DNA from: Pseudomonadota bacterium
Lineage (GTDB): Bacteria; Pseudomonadota; Alphaproteobacteria; Rhizobiales; Xanthobacteraceae
Direction of reading: 5' to 3'
Length of the DNA stretch: 40,048 bases
NCBI GenBank assembly: GCA_023387555.1
Contig: JAEWHY010000013.1
Span: 1-40,048 of the forward strand
Made by a program: the position numbers and the translations under genes. The notes under the pieces were generated by a model that searched no databases, was not told the DNA's origin, and saw nothing but the letters and a program-made list of their open reading frames with translations. Position 1 is the first letter of the stretch, and every line of letters begins with the position of its first letter. This document shows, in pieces, positions 8,510-17,958 of this stretch.

Positions 8510-8550
8510 CGACGGCCGCGGAAATCAGCAAACGCAAAGTCGATGGAATC
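8510..8550 (+). repeat. 41-bp imperfect direct repeat, copy 2 (intergenic)
   Basis: CGACGGCCGCGGAAATCAGCAAACGCAAAGTCGATGGAATC. On the minus strand it reads IPSTLRLLISAAV, versus MPSFLRLLISAAV in copy 1. Confidence 0.85.
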
Positions 8551-8559
8551 GAGGCTGCT

Positions 8560-8634
8560 GTCATCGCCGGGCTTGACCCGGCGATCCATCCTCTTCGCAA
8601 GAAGATGGACGCCTGGGTCAAGCCCGGGCATGAC
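8560..8634. repeat. REP/RPE-like palindromic element
   Basis: GTCATCGCCGGGCTTGACCCGGCGATCCATC...GATGGACGCCTGGGTCAAGCCCGGGCATGAC, the GCTTGACCC / GGGTCAAGC inverted pair typical of rhizobial intergenic repeats. Confidence 0.8.
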
Positions 8635-8812
8635 GATCCCACTGGGCGTCTTGCGCCAGATCGTCGGCATCATAAGTTGTGCAAGGGTACCAATGCCGTA
8701 AGCCATCGCCGTGGCCAGCGTGCATTCCAGAACCAGTCTGCACTCCAGAAGACGCGACCGCCTCGAACAAGGCCGCCAGGACCAATCGCTTCCAACAATA
8801 GGAACGCGGCAC

Positions 8813-9664
8813 ATGGCCAACAAAGTCGCACTCGTCACCGGCGCTTCCTCGGGCATCGGAGAGGCCACCGCCCTCAAGCTCAAGGACCTTGGCTATACGG
8901 TCTACGGCGCTGCGCGCCGCGTCGACCGCATGCAGCACCTGACCAAGTCCGGCATTCAGATCCTGGCAATGGACGTCACCGAGAATGCCTCAATGCAGGC
9001 GGGGATCAACGCGATCATCGCGCAGTCGGGCCGCATCGATGTGCTGGTCAACAACGCCGGCTACGGCTCTTATGGCGCCGTCGAGGATGTGCCGATGGCA
9101 GAGGCGCGCGCCCAGTTCGACGTCAATGTCTTCGGCGCCGTCCGACTGATCCAGCTTGCTCTGCCGCATATGCGTACTCAGCGCTCCGGCACGATCATCA
9201 ATATTACCTCGATGGGCGGCAAGATTCACACGCCTCTTGGCGCGTGGTACCACGGCACCAAGTTCGCACTGGAGGCGATCAGCGACTGCCTGCGCATGGA
9301 AGTGCAACCCTTCGGCATCAACGTGGTCGTGATCGAGCCCGGCGGTATCAAGACCGAATGGAGCGGCATCGCCGCCGAGAAGCTGCTTCAGACCTCGGGT
9401 CACGGTCCCTATGCAGTGCAGGCGAATGCCATGGCGCAATCCATGATCGGTGAAGCCAGCGTAAAACGGCAGTCTCCGCCACAGATCGTTGCCGACACCA
9501 TCGCCAAGGCTGTCACAGCGAGCAAACCCAAGACCCGCTATGCAATCGGTTTCGGGGCCAAGCCGATGATCTTCTTGCGCGGCATCCTGTCCGACCGTGC
9601 CTTCGACGGCATGATGCGGAGGGCGACCGGCATCTCCAAGGCCATGAAGGCCCAAGGAGCATGA
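8813..9664 (+). CDS. Short-chain dehydrogenase/reductase (classical SDR)
   Basis: TGASSGIG, NNAG, catalytic S...YHGTK, IEPG. Start at ATG 8813, downstream of AGGA. Confidence 0.93.
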   Translation: MANKVALVTGASSGIGEATALKLKDLGYTVYGAARRVDRMQHLTKSGIQILAMDVTENASMQAGINAIIAQSGRIDVLVNNAGYGSYGAVEDVPMAEARAQFDVNVFGAVRLIQLALPHMRTQRSGTIINITSMGGKIHTPLGAWYHGTKFALEAISDCLRMEVQPFGINVVVIEPGGIKTEWSGIAAEKLLQTSGHGPYAVQANAMAQSMIGEASVKRQSPPQIVADTIAKAVTASKPKTRYAIGFGAKPMIFLRGILSDRAFDGMMRRATGISKAMKAQGA

Positions 9665-9698
9665 AGGCTCAAGCGGCATGAAGGCTCAAGGGGCATGA
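9643..9698 (+). repeat. 17-bp tandem repeat, 3 copies plus a partial
   Basis: CATGAAGGCCCAAGGAG / CATGAAGGCTCAAGCGG / CATGAAGGCTCAAGGGG / CATGA, spanning the SDR stop codon. Confidence 0.85.
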
Positions 9699-9745
9699 CT
9701 GGAACCGGACGGCAAGTCGCCGCAGATCATCCCGCCCAATAGCGA

Positions 9746-9826
9746 TTTCGAAGCGGCGGCGTGGGCCCCTATACGACGGTCTACATCCGCTTCAACCGCT
9801 GGGCCCATAACCGCCTGTGGCTCAGG
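9746..9826 (+). mobile_element. Short remnant of an IS5-family transposase gene
   Basis: Reads FRSGGVGPYTTVYIRFNRWAHNRLWLR, resembling the IS5-family N-terminal motif SG..W...P..YGP..TVYNRFNRW...G.W with an internal deletion. No flanking ORF or IRs. Confidence 0.65.
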
Positions 9827-9838
9827 TCGATTCCATAC

Positions 9839-10258
9839 CTAGCTGGCAAACGCCGATTTCGCGATAAGCCCGTCGGCGGTCGCGGTGTCCAGAAACTGCG
9901 TATAGGACGCGATTTTGCCGTCGCGGAATTCGAGCAGGTCGAGGGCTTCGGTCACCGCAGTACGGCCGGTGGCGCGGGACCTCACGGTGAGGTGGATCCG
10001 GACGACGGCCTTGGACCCCTCGATGATGGTGTCGACGATATCGAGTTTCTGAAACTCGAACGCATCGACCAGTGCGCGCAAGGCGGCATGCAGGCCGTCG
10101 CAGCCTCTGGTGTCGACCGCCAGGCAAGCCTGCGGCGGAGCGGCATTGAGCGCGAACGTCGCATCCGGCGTGAACGCTTCGATGATCGCCTTCACATCGC
10201 CACGCGCGCGCGCGGTATAAGCTTGCTGGATCACAGCCATCATCTGGTCGCGGGTCAT
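9839..10258 (-). CDS. NTF2/SnoaL-like family protein
   Basis: AY.A...GDV......F.PDA.F ... IIEGSKAVV ... D.LEFRDGKI....QF.DTA. Start ATG 10258. Confidence 0.85.
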   Translation of the reverse strand: MTRDQMMAVIQQAYTARARGDVKAIIEAFTPDATFALNAAPPQACLAVDTRGCDGLHAALRALVDAFEFQKLDIVDTIIEGSKAVVRIHLTVRSRATGRTAVTEALDLLEFRDGKIASYTQFLDTATADGLIAKSAFAS

Positions 10259-10496
10259 GCGTGCCCCCAATGCCACCATCATTACGAGAATATTGCACAA
10301 TATCTACCATAGGGAGAGATGGCAAAAGGTCAAAAATGAGCCGGCCTCTCCTGCATCACCCCACCGCCGTGGGAAGAAAAGTTGGACCGCAAATCCCCCG
10401 CCATAGCCGCTGGCGTTGTGTCCTTGCGTTGTGTCGCCTGCCGCGGGAAGGTTGATGCCCAAGGGATGAAACGTTCAGCGAAAAAGGTGGAGAGCC

Positions 10497-11294
10497 ATGT
10501 CAGCCACGGCCCTGAAGACGCAGATCGGGAAGAGCCATCACACGGCTCGCGCGGAAGCCAGTCTGGAAACCCTGGAGCACCGCAACGACTGGACCGATCT
10601 TCAGAAAATCTCGCTGTCGGCGCGTATCCTCGCCGCCGAAGGGCATTTCGCCGGGCTCGCCGGCCAGCTAACCGCGCGTCTCGGCGATGACCGCTTTCTG
10701 ACGCTGCCTCTCGGCACCGAGTTCGACGAGGCGAAGCCCTCGGACTTCATTGTCGTGGACGATGACCTCAACGTCATCGAGGGAAACGGCATTCCCAATC
10801 CGGCGACGCGGTTTCATCTCTGGATCTACAAGGAAAAGCCGAATGTCCGCTCGATCGTGCATACGCACCCGCGGGCCACATCGGCGCTGTCGATGATCGG
10901 CCAGCCTCTGATCGTGGCGCACATGGACATGTGCATGTTTCAGGATCAATGCGCCTATCTGCCGGAGTGGCCCGGACTGCCGATCGGCGATGAGGAGGGC
11001 ATCATCATCTCGGAAGCGCTCGGCAGCAAGAAAACCGTTCTGCTTGCAAACCACGGGCTGATCGCGGCCGGCGAGACGATCGAGGAGGCAACCTATCTTG
11101 CGTTCTTCTTCGAACGCGCCGCCGCCCTGCAACTGACGGCATCCGCGGCAGGCACGCTGAAACCCGTCGACCCCGACAAGGCGCGGGAAGCAGGGGATTT
11201 TCTGCTCAAGCCGAAGATCGTCGAACTGACGTTCGACTATCTGGCGCGCAAGGCGCTGAAGAGCGACGACCAGCGCGCGCTGTTTACGAACTGA
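10497..11294 (+). CDS. Class II aldolase/adducin family protein (FucA-like)
   Basis: AGQLTAR, PNPATRFHLWIY, SIVHTHP, LLANHG metal ligands. RBS GGTGGAG. Confidence 0.9.
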   Translation: MSATALKTQIGKSHHTARAEASLETLEHRNDWTDLQKISLSARILAAEGHFAGLAGQLTARLGDDRFLTLPLGTEFDEAKPSDFIVVDDDLNVIEGNGIPNPATRFHLWIYKEKPNVRSIVHTHPRATSALSMIGQPLIVAHMDMCMFQDQCAYLPEWPGLPIGDEEGIIISEALGSKKTVLLANHGLIAAGETIEEATYLAFFFERAAALQLTASAAGTLKPVDPDKAREAGDFLLKPKIVELTFDYLARKALKSDDQRALFTN

Positions 11295-11318
11295 AGCGGT
11301 TTCAGGCTGGACTTGGCA

Positions 11319-11346
11319 GTTCGTCCCCGCTTTCGCGGGGACGAAC
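11319..11346. repeat. Perfect 12-bp stem-loop (REP-like half element or terminator) between convergent genes
   Basis: GTTCGTCCCCGC-TTTC-GCGGGGACGAAC. Confidence 0.65.
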
Positions 11347-11398
11347 GGATCAGGAGAGCGAATGCCGGCGAACGCGTCGCCGGCAACTACGCCGACGA

Positions 11399-12525
<1,127 letters not shown>

Positions 12526-12608
12526 GTCCGCAGACGCGGCGGCGCCCCTGCCCCGGCGCCAGTCGCGGGCGCTGCCGGCCCGGCTGGGCGGTCGGCCCGG
12601 GCGCGGTG

Positions 12609-13718
12609 TCAGGACGCGACCACCTGCAGGCGCGGGGACTGGGTGAAGACACGGGGCTCGACCGGCGCCGCCTGAAATTGCGGCGTTCCCGCCTCGGAGA
12701 ACAGCTTCCAGCGCTTCGGCCGGAACGCGATCCGGGCGGCATTCGCGGCCGGATGCGCCGCCGGGACCTCGATTTCCACGCGGCTCTGCCCGACTTCCAG
12801 CTCGACCCGCTTGGTGCCGGCGACGCGGCGTGAGGCCGCGACAGTACCTGCGATCCCACCGTTTCCATCCAGCAGCTCGACGTCGTGCGGACGGAAATAC
12901 AACGCGGCCCTGCCGTTGGGGACGCCCTCGACCGGCAGGCCGATCGTGCGGTCGCCCAGCCAGATCTGGCCATTTTCGACGCGCACCGGCAGGGAGCTGG
13001 ACTCGCCGATGAAGCCGTAGACGAAGGGCGAGTTCGGGTTGTCGTAGACTTCGTCGGCGGTGCCGACCTGCTCGATGCGGCCCTGGCTCATCACCACCAC
13101 GCGGTCGGCGAGTTCCAGCGCCTCCTCCTGGTCGTGGGTGACGAAGACCGTGGTGTGCCCGGTGTGATCGTGGATCTCCCGGAGCCAGCGCCGCAGTTCG
13201 CGGCGCACCTGCGCATCGAGCGCGCCGAAAGGCTCATCGAGCAGCAGCACGCGCGGCTCGATGGCCAGCGCCCGGGCGAGCGCGACGCGCTGGCGCTGGC
13301 CGCCGGAAAGCTGGTTCGGATAGCGCTTCTCCAGCCCGGACAATTGCACGAGGTCCAGAAGCTCGGAGGCACGGCGGCGGATCTCGGCCTTGGGCGGCCG
13401 CGTAGCGCCTGGCCGCACCTTCAGTCCGAAACCGATGTTGTCCGCCACCGTCATGTGGCGGAACAGCGCATAGTGTTGGAACACGAAGCCGACATTACGC
13501 TCCTGCACCGACTTGAAGGAGGCATCCTCGTCGCCGAACAGGATCGCGCCCTCAGTCGGGAAATCGAGACCGGCGATCAGCCGCAGCAATGTCGTCTTGC
13601 CCGATCCGGACGGCCCCAGCAGCGCGATCAGCTCGCCGGACCGGATGTCGAGCGACACATCGTGCAAGGCCGGGAAGAGGTCGAACTCCTTGCGGACATT
13701 TCTGATCGTGAGTTCCAT
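12609..13718 (-). CDS. cysA: Sulfate/thiosulfate ABC transporter ATP-binding protein
   Basis: [64 protein letters not shown]-terminal TOBE. Strong RBS before ATG 13718. Confidence 0.95.
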   Translation of the reverse strand: MELTIRNVRKEFDLFPALHDVSLDIRSGELIALLGPSGSGKTTLLRLIAGLDFPTEGAILFGDEDASFKSVQERNVGFVFQHYALFRHMTVADNIGFGLKVRPGATRPPKAEIRRRASELLDLVQLSGLEKRYPNQLSGGQRQRVALARALAIEPRVLLLDEPFGALDAQVRRELRRWLREIHDHTGHTTVFVTHDQEEALELADRVVVMSQGRIEQVGTADEVYDNPNSPFVYGFIGESSSLPVRVENGQIWLGDRTIGLPVEGVPNGRAALYFRPHDVELLDGNGGIAGTVAASRRVAGTKRVELEVGQSRVEIEVPAAHPAANAARIAFRPKRWKLFSEAGTPQFQAAPVEPRVFTQSPRLQVVAS

Positions 13719-13732
13719 GATCCCCCTCCTCC

Positions 13733-14626
13733 TCAATGTCCGCTACGCGTTGCGGCGAGCTGGTCGGCATATCGCCATTCCAGCCAGGTCTTGATCATCA
13801 GGGTCAGAAGCGCGAGACCGGCGAGCACTGCCGCCATGCTGAAGGCGCCGACCTGCGCCAGGGCCCTGAACTCCTGATAATATAGTTCGATCTGCAGCGG
13901 CATCGTAACCGTCTCGCCCCGCAGCTTGCCAGAGATCACCGCCACGGCGCCGAATTCACCCATGGCGCGCGCGTTGCAGAGCAGCACGCCGTACAGCAGC
14001 GCCCATTTCACGTTGGGCAGCGTCACGTAAAAGAAAGTCTGCCAGCCGGACGCGCCGAGCGAAAGCGCGGCTTCCTCGTCACCGGTTCCCTGATCCTGCA
14101 TCAGCGGGATCAGTTCGCGCGCGATGAAGGGAAAGGTGACGAAAATCGTCGCCAGAATGACACCGGGTACGGCGAAGATGACCCGCACGCCGAAGTCCTG
14201 AAGCAGCCAGGCGCCGATCGGCGTGAACGGCCCGAGCAGCAGCACATAGACGAGACCTGCGACCACGGGCGACACCGAGAACGGCAGGTCGATCAGCGAG
14301 ATCAGAAGCGCGCGACCAGGAAACTTGTACTTGGCGATCAACCAGGCCGCCGCCACGCCGAACACGAGATTGCACGGCACCGCAATCGCGGCCACCAGCA
14401 GCGTCAGCTGGATCGCGGCAATCGCCTCCGGATCGCGGAACGTTGCGAGCGCGGGACCGATACCGAGGCTGAGCGCCTGCGCGAACACCGCGATCAGCGG
14501 CGCGATTAGAAATACCGCCATCACGACGACGCTGAGCAGGATCAGCGCCAACCGGACCGGCCGCGTTTCGCTGATCGGAGACGTGAGGGTGCGCGGTCCG
14601 GGCACGGCTGTTGTCGTATCAACCAT
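13733..14626 (-). CDS. cysW: Sulfate ABC transporter permease CysW
   Basis: [42 protein letters not shown]. Confidence 0.95.
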   Translation of the reverse strand: MVDTTTAVPGPRTLTSPISETRPVRLALILLSVVVMAVFLIAPLIAVFAQALSLGIGPALATFRDPEAIAAIQLTLLVAAIAVPCNLVFGVAAAWLIAKYKFPGRALLISLIDLPFSVSPVVAGLVYVLLLGPFTPIGAWLLQDFGVRVIFAVPGVILATIFVTFPFIARELIPLMQDQGTGDEEAALSLGASGWQTFFYVTLPNVKWALLYGVLLCNARAMGEFGAVAVISGKLRGETVTMPLQIELYYQEFRALAQVGAFSMAAVLAGLALLTLMIKTWLEWRYADQLAATRSGH

Positions 14627-15458
14627 GGCCGAACCTCCTGTAGCTCCAGACCTGCACCAGATTGATCAGCAGCAGAATGACGAACGAGATGGTGAGCATC
14701 ACCGCGGCGATGGCGGCGGCGGCGGCGTAGTCACGCTCCTCCAGCCGGAACACGATCAGCAGCGGCAGGATTTCGGTCTGTCGCGGAATGTTGCCGGCGA
14801 TGAAGATGACCGAGCCATATTCGCCGACCGCGCGGGCGAAGGCGAGCGCGAAGCCGGTGAGGATCGCCGGGATCAGCGGCGGCAAGATGATCCGCAAGAT
14901 GGTGGTGCGACGCGATGCGCCGAGCGTCGCCGCGGCCTCTTCGACCTCGCTGTTGAAGTCCTCCAGCACCGGCTGGACGGTACGGACGACGAACGGCAGG
15001 CCGATGAAGACCAGCGCGATCCAGATGCCGACCGGCGTGTAGGCGATGGTGATGCCGAACGGCGAAAACAGCTGCCCGAACCAGCCCTGCGGAACATAGA
15101 GCGCCGTCAGAGCAATACCGGCCACCGCCGTCGGCAAGGCGAACGGCAGATCGACGATCGCATCAAGCAGACGCCTTGCGAAGAAGCGGTAACGGACCAG
15201 CACCCAGGCGATCATCACGCCAATAACGACATTGAAAAGCGCGGCGAGCATCGATGCGCCGAAACTCAGCTTCAGGGCCGCCTGGAACCGTGGTCCGGTG
15301 ACGATGGCGGAAAAGCGGTCCCAGTCGAGTTCGAACGTCTTGATGTAGAGACCGACGATCGGGATCAGCACGATGAGCGAGAGGTAAAAGATCGTGAATC
15401 CGAAGGTCAGCCGAAACCCCGGAATGATGCTGGCTTCCCGGAACCGAATGCCCGCCAT
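14619..15458 (-). CDS. cysT: Sulfate ABC transporter permease CysT (CysU)
   Basis: DLPFALPTAVAGIAL, FIGLPFVVRTVQPVL, EEAAATLGA, ARAVGEYGSVIFIAGN. Confidence 0.95.
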   Translation of the reverse strand: MAGIRFREASIIPGFRLTFGFTIFYLSLIVLIPIVGLYIKTFELDWDRFSAIVTGPRFQAALKLSFGASMLAALFNVVIGVMIAWVLVRYRFFARRLLDAIVDLPFALPTAVAGIALTALYVPQGWFGQLFSPFGITIAYTPVGIWIALVFIGLPFVVRTVQPVLEDFNSEVEEAAATLGASRRTTILRIILPPLIPAILTGFALAFARAVGEYGSVIFIAGNIPRQTEILPLLIVFRLEERDYAAAAAIAAVMLTISFVILLLINLVQVWSYRRFGHG

Positions 15459-15487
15459 GACGAAATCGCTCCTGACGACAGAATGAC

Positions 15488-15523
15488 GCGGGCCGTGAGG
15501 AGTGGTGGTGCCCCACGGCCCGC
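15488..15523 (-). other. Intercistronic stem-loop after the sulfate-binding protein gene
   Basis: GCGGGCCGTG...CACGGCCCGC 10-bp stem with no U-tract. Confidence 0.5.
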
Positions 15524-15545
15524 AAGTTCGCTCGCGAGGCTTGCG

Positions 15546-16559
15546 TCAATCCTTGGAGTATATCTTGTCGAAAATGCCCCCGTTGTCGAAGTGGGTGGGC
15601 TGTGCCTTGGCCCATCCACCGAAAACGTCGTCGATCTTGACCAGCTTGACCTTTGGGAACGCCTTGAGATCGGCGGGATCGACATGTTCCGGCTTGCCGG
15701 GACGGTAGAAATTCCTGGCGAAGATCTTCTGCGCTTCGGGCGAATAGAGCTGGTCGAGGAAGGCCTTGGCCAGTTCGCGCGTGCCCTTCTTGTCGACATT
15801 CTTGTCGACGATCGCCACCTTCACTTCGGCGAGGATCGAGACCGACGGCACAACGATTTCATAATCTGCGCCGAACTCCTTGAGCGACAGCAGCGCCTCG
15901 TTTTCCCAGGCGATCAGCACGTCGCCGACCTTGTTCTGGACGAAGGTGTTGGTCGATCCGCGCGCGCCGGTATCGAGCACCCTCACGTTGCGGTAGATCG
16001 CTGCAACGAAGTCCTGCGCCTTCTTCTGGTCGCCCCCGGTGCGGTCCAGTTCGTAGGCCCAGGCCGCGAGGTAATTCCAGCGCGCGCCGCCGGAGGTCTT
16101 CGGATTGGGCGTGATCACAGAGATGCCGCGCTTGGCCAGATCGTCCCAATCCTTGATGTTCTTCGGATTGCCCTTGCGCACAAGGAACACGATGGTCGAG
16201 GTGTAGGGCGATGAATCCGCCGGGAATTTGCTCTTCCATCCGGGATTGATCAGGCCCTTCTGCTCGATGCCGAGAACGTCGCCTTCGAGCGGAAAGGTCA
16301 CGACATCGGCGGGCAGCCCTTCGATCACCGAACGCACCTGCGCACCGGAGCCGCCGTGGCTGTTGGTGATCTCCACCGTCTTGCCGGTCTTCTCTTTCCA
16401 GTACTTGATGAAATAGTCGCTGTAGTCGCGATAGAGTTCTCGGGTGGGATCGTAGGAGACGTTGACCAGCGCATTCTGCGCGTTCGCGCTACCCGCGCCG
16501 CCGAACTGTGTCATCGCAGTCATCGCCGCTATTGCGATTGCTGAAGCCAGAAGACGCAT
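15546..16559 (-). CDS. sbp: Sulfate ABC transporter periplasmic binding protein (Sbp/CysP family)
   Basis: Signal peptide, [59 protein letters not shown]. Confidence 0.93.
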   Translation of the reverse strand: MRLLASAIAIAAMTAMTQFGGAGSANAQNALVNVSYDPTRELYRDYSDYFIKYWKEKTGKTVEITNSHGGSGAQVRSVIEGLPADVVTFPLEGDVLGIEQKGLINPGWKSKFPADSSPYTSTIVFLVRKGNPKNIKDWDDLAKRGISVITPNPKTSGGARWNYLAAWAYELDRTGGDQKKAQDFVAAIYRNVRVLDTGARGSTNTFVQNKVGDVLIAWENEALLSLKEFGADYEIVVPSVSILAEVKVAIVDKNVDKKGTRELAKAFLDQLYSPEAQKIFARNFYRPGKPEHVDPADLKAFPKVKLVKIDDVFGGWAKAQPTHFDNGGIFDKIYSKD

Positions 16560-16759
16560 CTGCCACCTCCTTCGGCCGGAGCATCAACGCCCGGCACGAG
16601 TCGCGGGTTGCGGCCGTGGCGGCCGTTTCCCCGACATTCATGGTTTGCGATGTGACCAGAAAGGAATGCCGGCGGCCTCGTACCGCGCCTCCGATGCTCC
16701 CCCACGTCACAGGAATCGACGGGCACGCCCGTCCAGCCCCGCGATGATCCGACCATCAA

Positions 16760-16782
16760 ATTCTGACTAAATCAATCAGAAT
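16760..16782. promoter_or_regulatory. Rrf2/IscR-type operator upstream of the sulfate operon
   Basis: ATTCTGA-CTAAATCAA-TCAGAAT inverted repeat, resembling the IscR type-1 pattern GACT-RWWWY-AGTC. Confidence 0.65.
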
Positions 16783-16790
16783 AGTATTGT

Positions 16791-17228
16791 TTATTCGGGG
16801 AGCTTGGGAGGTGATTTTTCTTCGGCCGCCTGCGCCAGCGTTGTTTCTTCAAGAATTTTTGCCGTCGCATCGCGGGCGGCGATCAGCGCCGGTCGTAGCT
16901 GGCAGATGCGCAAATCGACGCAGTCCGAGCATTGCCGAAACGCCGTCTGGCTCGCGCAGGGCGCAAGCGCCAGCGGCCCGTCGATATGACGGATGATTTC
17001 CGCCAGATTGATGTCCTTGGGCACCCGGCTCAACAGAAAACCACCCTGCTTGCCGCGGGTGGCGACCAGAAGGTTGGCGCGCTTGAGGTCGGAGAAGATC
17101 TGCTCGAGGAATGCCCGCGGTATTTTCAGATCCACCGAGATGTCGCGCACCGAGACCGGCGCGGCGCCGCGGCGTCCGGCGAGATAGATCATGGCGCGGA
17201 GAGCATATTTGGCGCGGCGCGAGAGCAT
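16791..17228 (-). CDS. Rrf2 family transcriptional regulator with a Cys cluster
   Basis: MLSRRAKYALRAM, IPRAFLEQI, RGKQGGF.L, IDGPLALAPCAS......C.DC.....C. Confidence 0.93.
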   Translation of the reverse strand: MLSRRAKYALRAMIYLAGRRGAAPVSVRDISVDLKIPRAFLEQIFSDLKRANLLVATRGKQGGFLLSRVPKDINLAEIIRHIDGPLALAPCASQTAFRQCSDCVDLRICQLRPALIAARDATAKILEETTLAQAAEEKSPPKLPE

Positions 17229-17298
17229 GGTCGAGGCTTACGTGTTCCGGGTGGACGGCCAAGCAGTTGGACAAGTCACATCGAACAGTCAACACCGC

Positions 17299-17904
17299 TC
17301 AAATCACCATCGGCGCGATGCTCGCGACCAGCAGCAGCGCCATTGCGATATTGAAGATGCGGGCGTGTTTCGGGTTGGACAACACCTGGCGCAAGGCGAC
17401 ACCGAAGCCGGTCCAGGTCCCGACTGCGAGGATCGTGGCGATTGTGAACACGATCTGCAGCACGGTGAAATCGCCCAGCCAGTGGCTCGGCCGCACGTAA
17501 AGCGCAATCGCGCTCAGCGCCGCCACGAAAGCCTTGGGATTGACCCACTGGAACAGCGCCGCCTGCCAGAACGAAATCGGCTTGGCGACCTGCGCCTGTT
17601 CGGCTGATGCAGGCGCGGCCGTCGCAATCTTCCAGGCCAGCCACAGAAGATAGATCGCACCGGCCGCCTTCAGCGCCGTCTGCAGCGGCGGAAACGCGGT
17701 GAAGGCGGCACCGAGACCGGCGGCGCAGACCGCGACCAGAATGAAGAAGCCGAAGGTGATGCCGAGGATATGCGGAATGGTTCGCCGGAATCCGAAATTC
17801 ACCCCCGACGCCGTCACCATGATGTTGTTCGGCCCCGGCGTGAACGCCATCGCGGCAGCGAAGCCAACCAGCGCAGTGAACATCTCGATCGGCATCGGCT
17901 GCAT
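17299..17904 (-). CDS. LysE/RhtB family amino acid exporter
   Basis: FTPGPNNIM...SGVNFG, G..YL.WLAWKIA, FQWVNPKA, about 6 TM segments. True start may be ATG 17895. Confidence 0.92.
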   Translation of the reverse strand: MQPMPIEMFTALVGFAAAMAFTPGPNNIMVTASGVNFGFRRTIPHILGITFGFFILVAVCAAGLGAAFTAFPPLQTALKAAGAIYLLWLAWKIATAAPASAEQAQVAKPISFWQAALFQWVNPKAFVAALSAIALYVRPSHWLGDFTVLQIVFTIATILAVGTWTGFGVALRQVLSNPKHARIFNIAMALLLVASIAPMVI

Positions 17905-17958
17905 GACCCCCGTGCTGAGCCGTTATCGGGCCGCGGCTGCGTAACCGCAAGATCGCCA

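Noticed and set aside
9643..9698. Short repeats as a possible CRISPR array
   Set aside because: Units are directly adjacent with no spacers, only 17 bp long, and there are no cas genes.
10290..10303. ATATTG-CA-CAATAT inverted repeat upstream of the NTF2 gene
   Set aside because: It is short and has no cognate regulator nearby. It could be an operator, but I cannot support that.
9761..10312. 183-aa plus-strand ORF
   Set aside because: Only the first ~22 codons look like transposase. The rest is antisense to the NTF2 gene.
14325..16214. Long antisense ORFs (also 762-1700, 20860-22611, 31741-32895, 35586-37127 and others)
   Set aside because: Shadow frames of well-supported genes, expected in high-GC DNA, with no recognisable motifs.
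16560..16759. Possible SAM or other riboswitch in the ~200-nt sbp leader
   Set aside because: I could not find SAM-II/SAM-alpha or other riboswitch consensus elements by eye. An Rfam scan would settle it.
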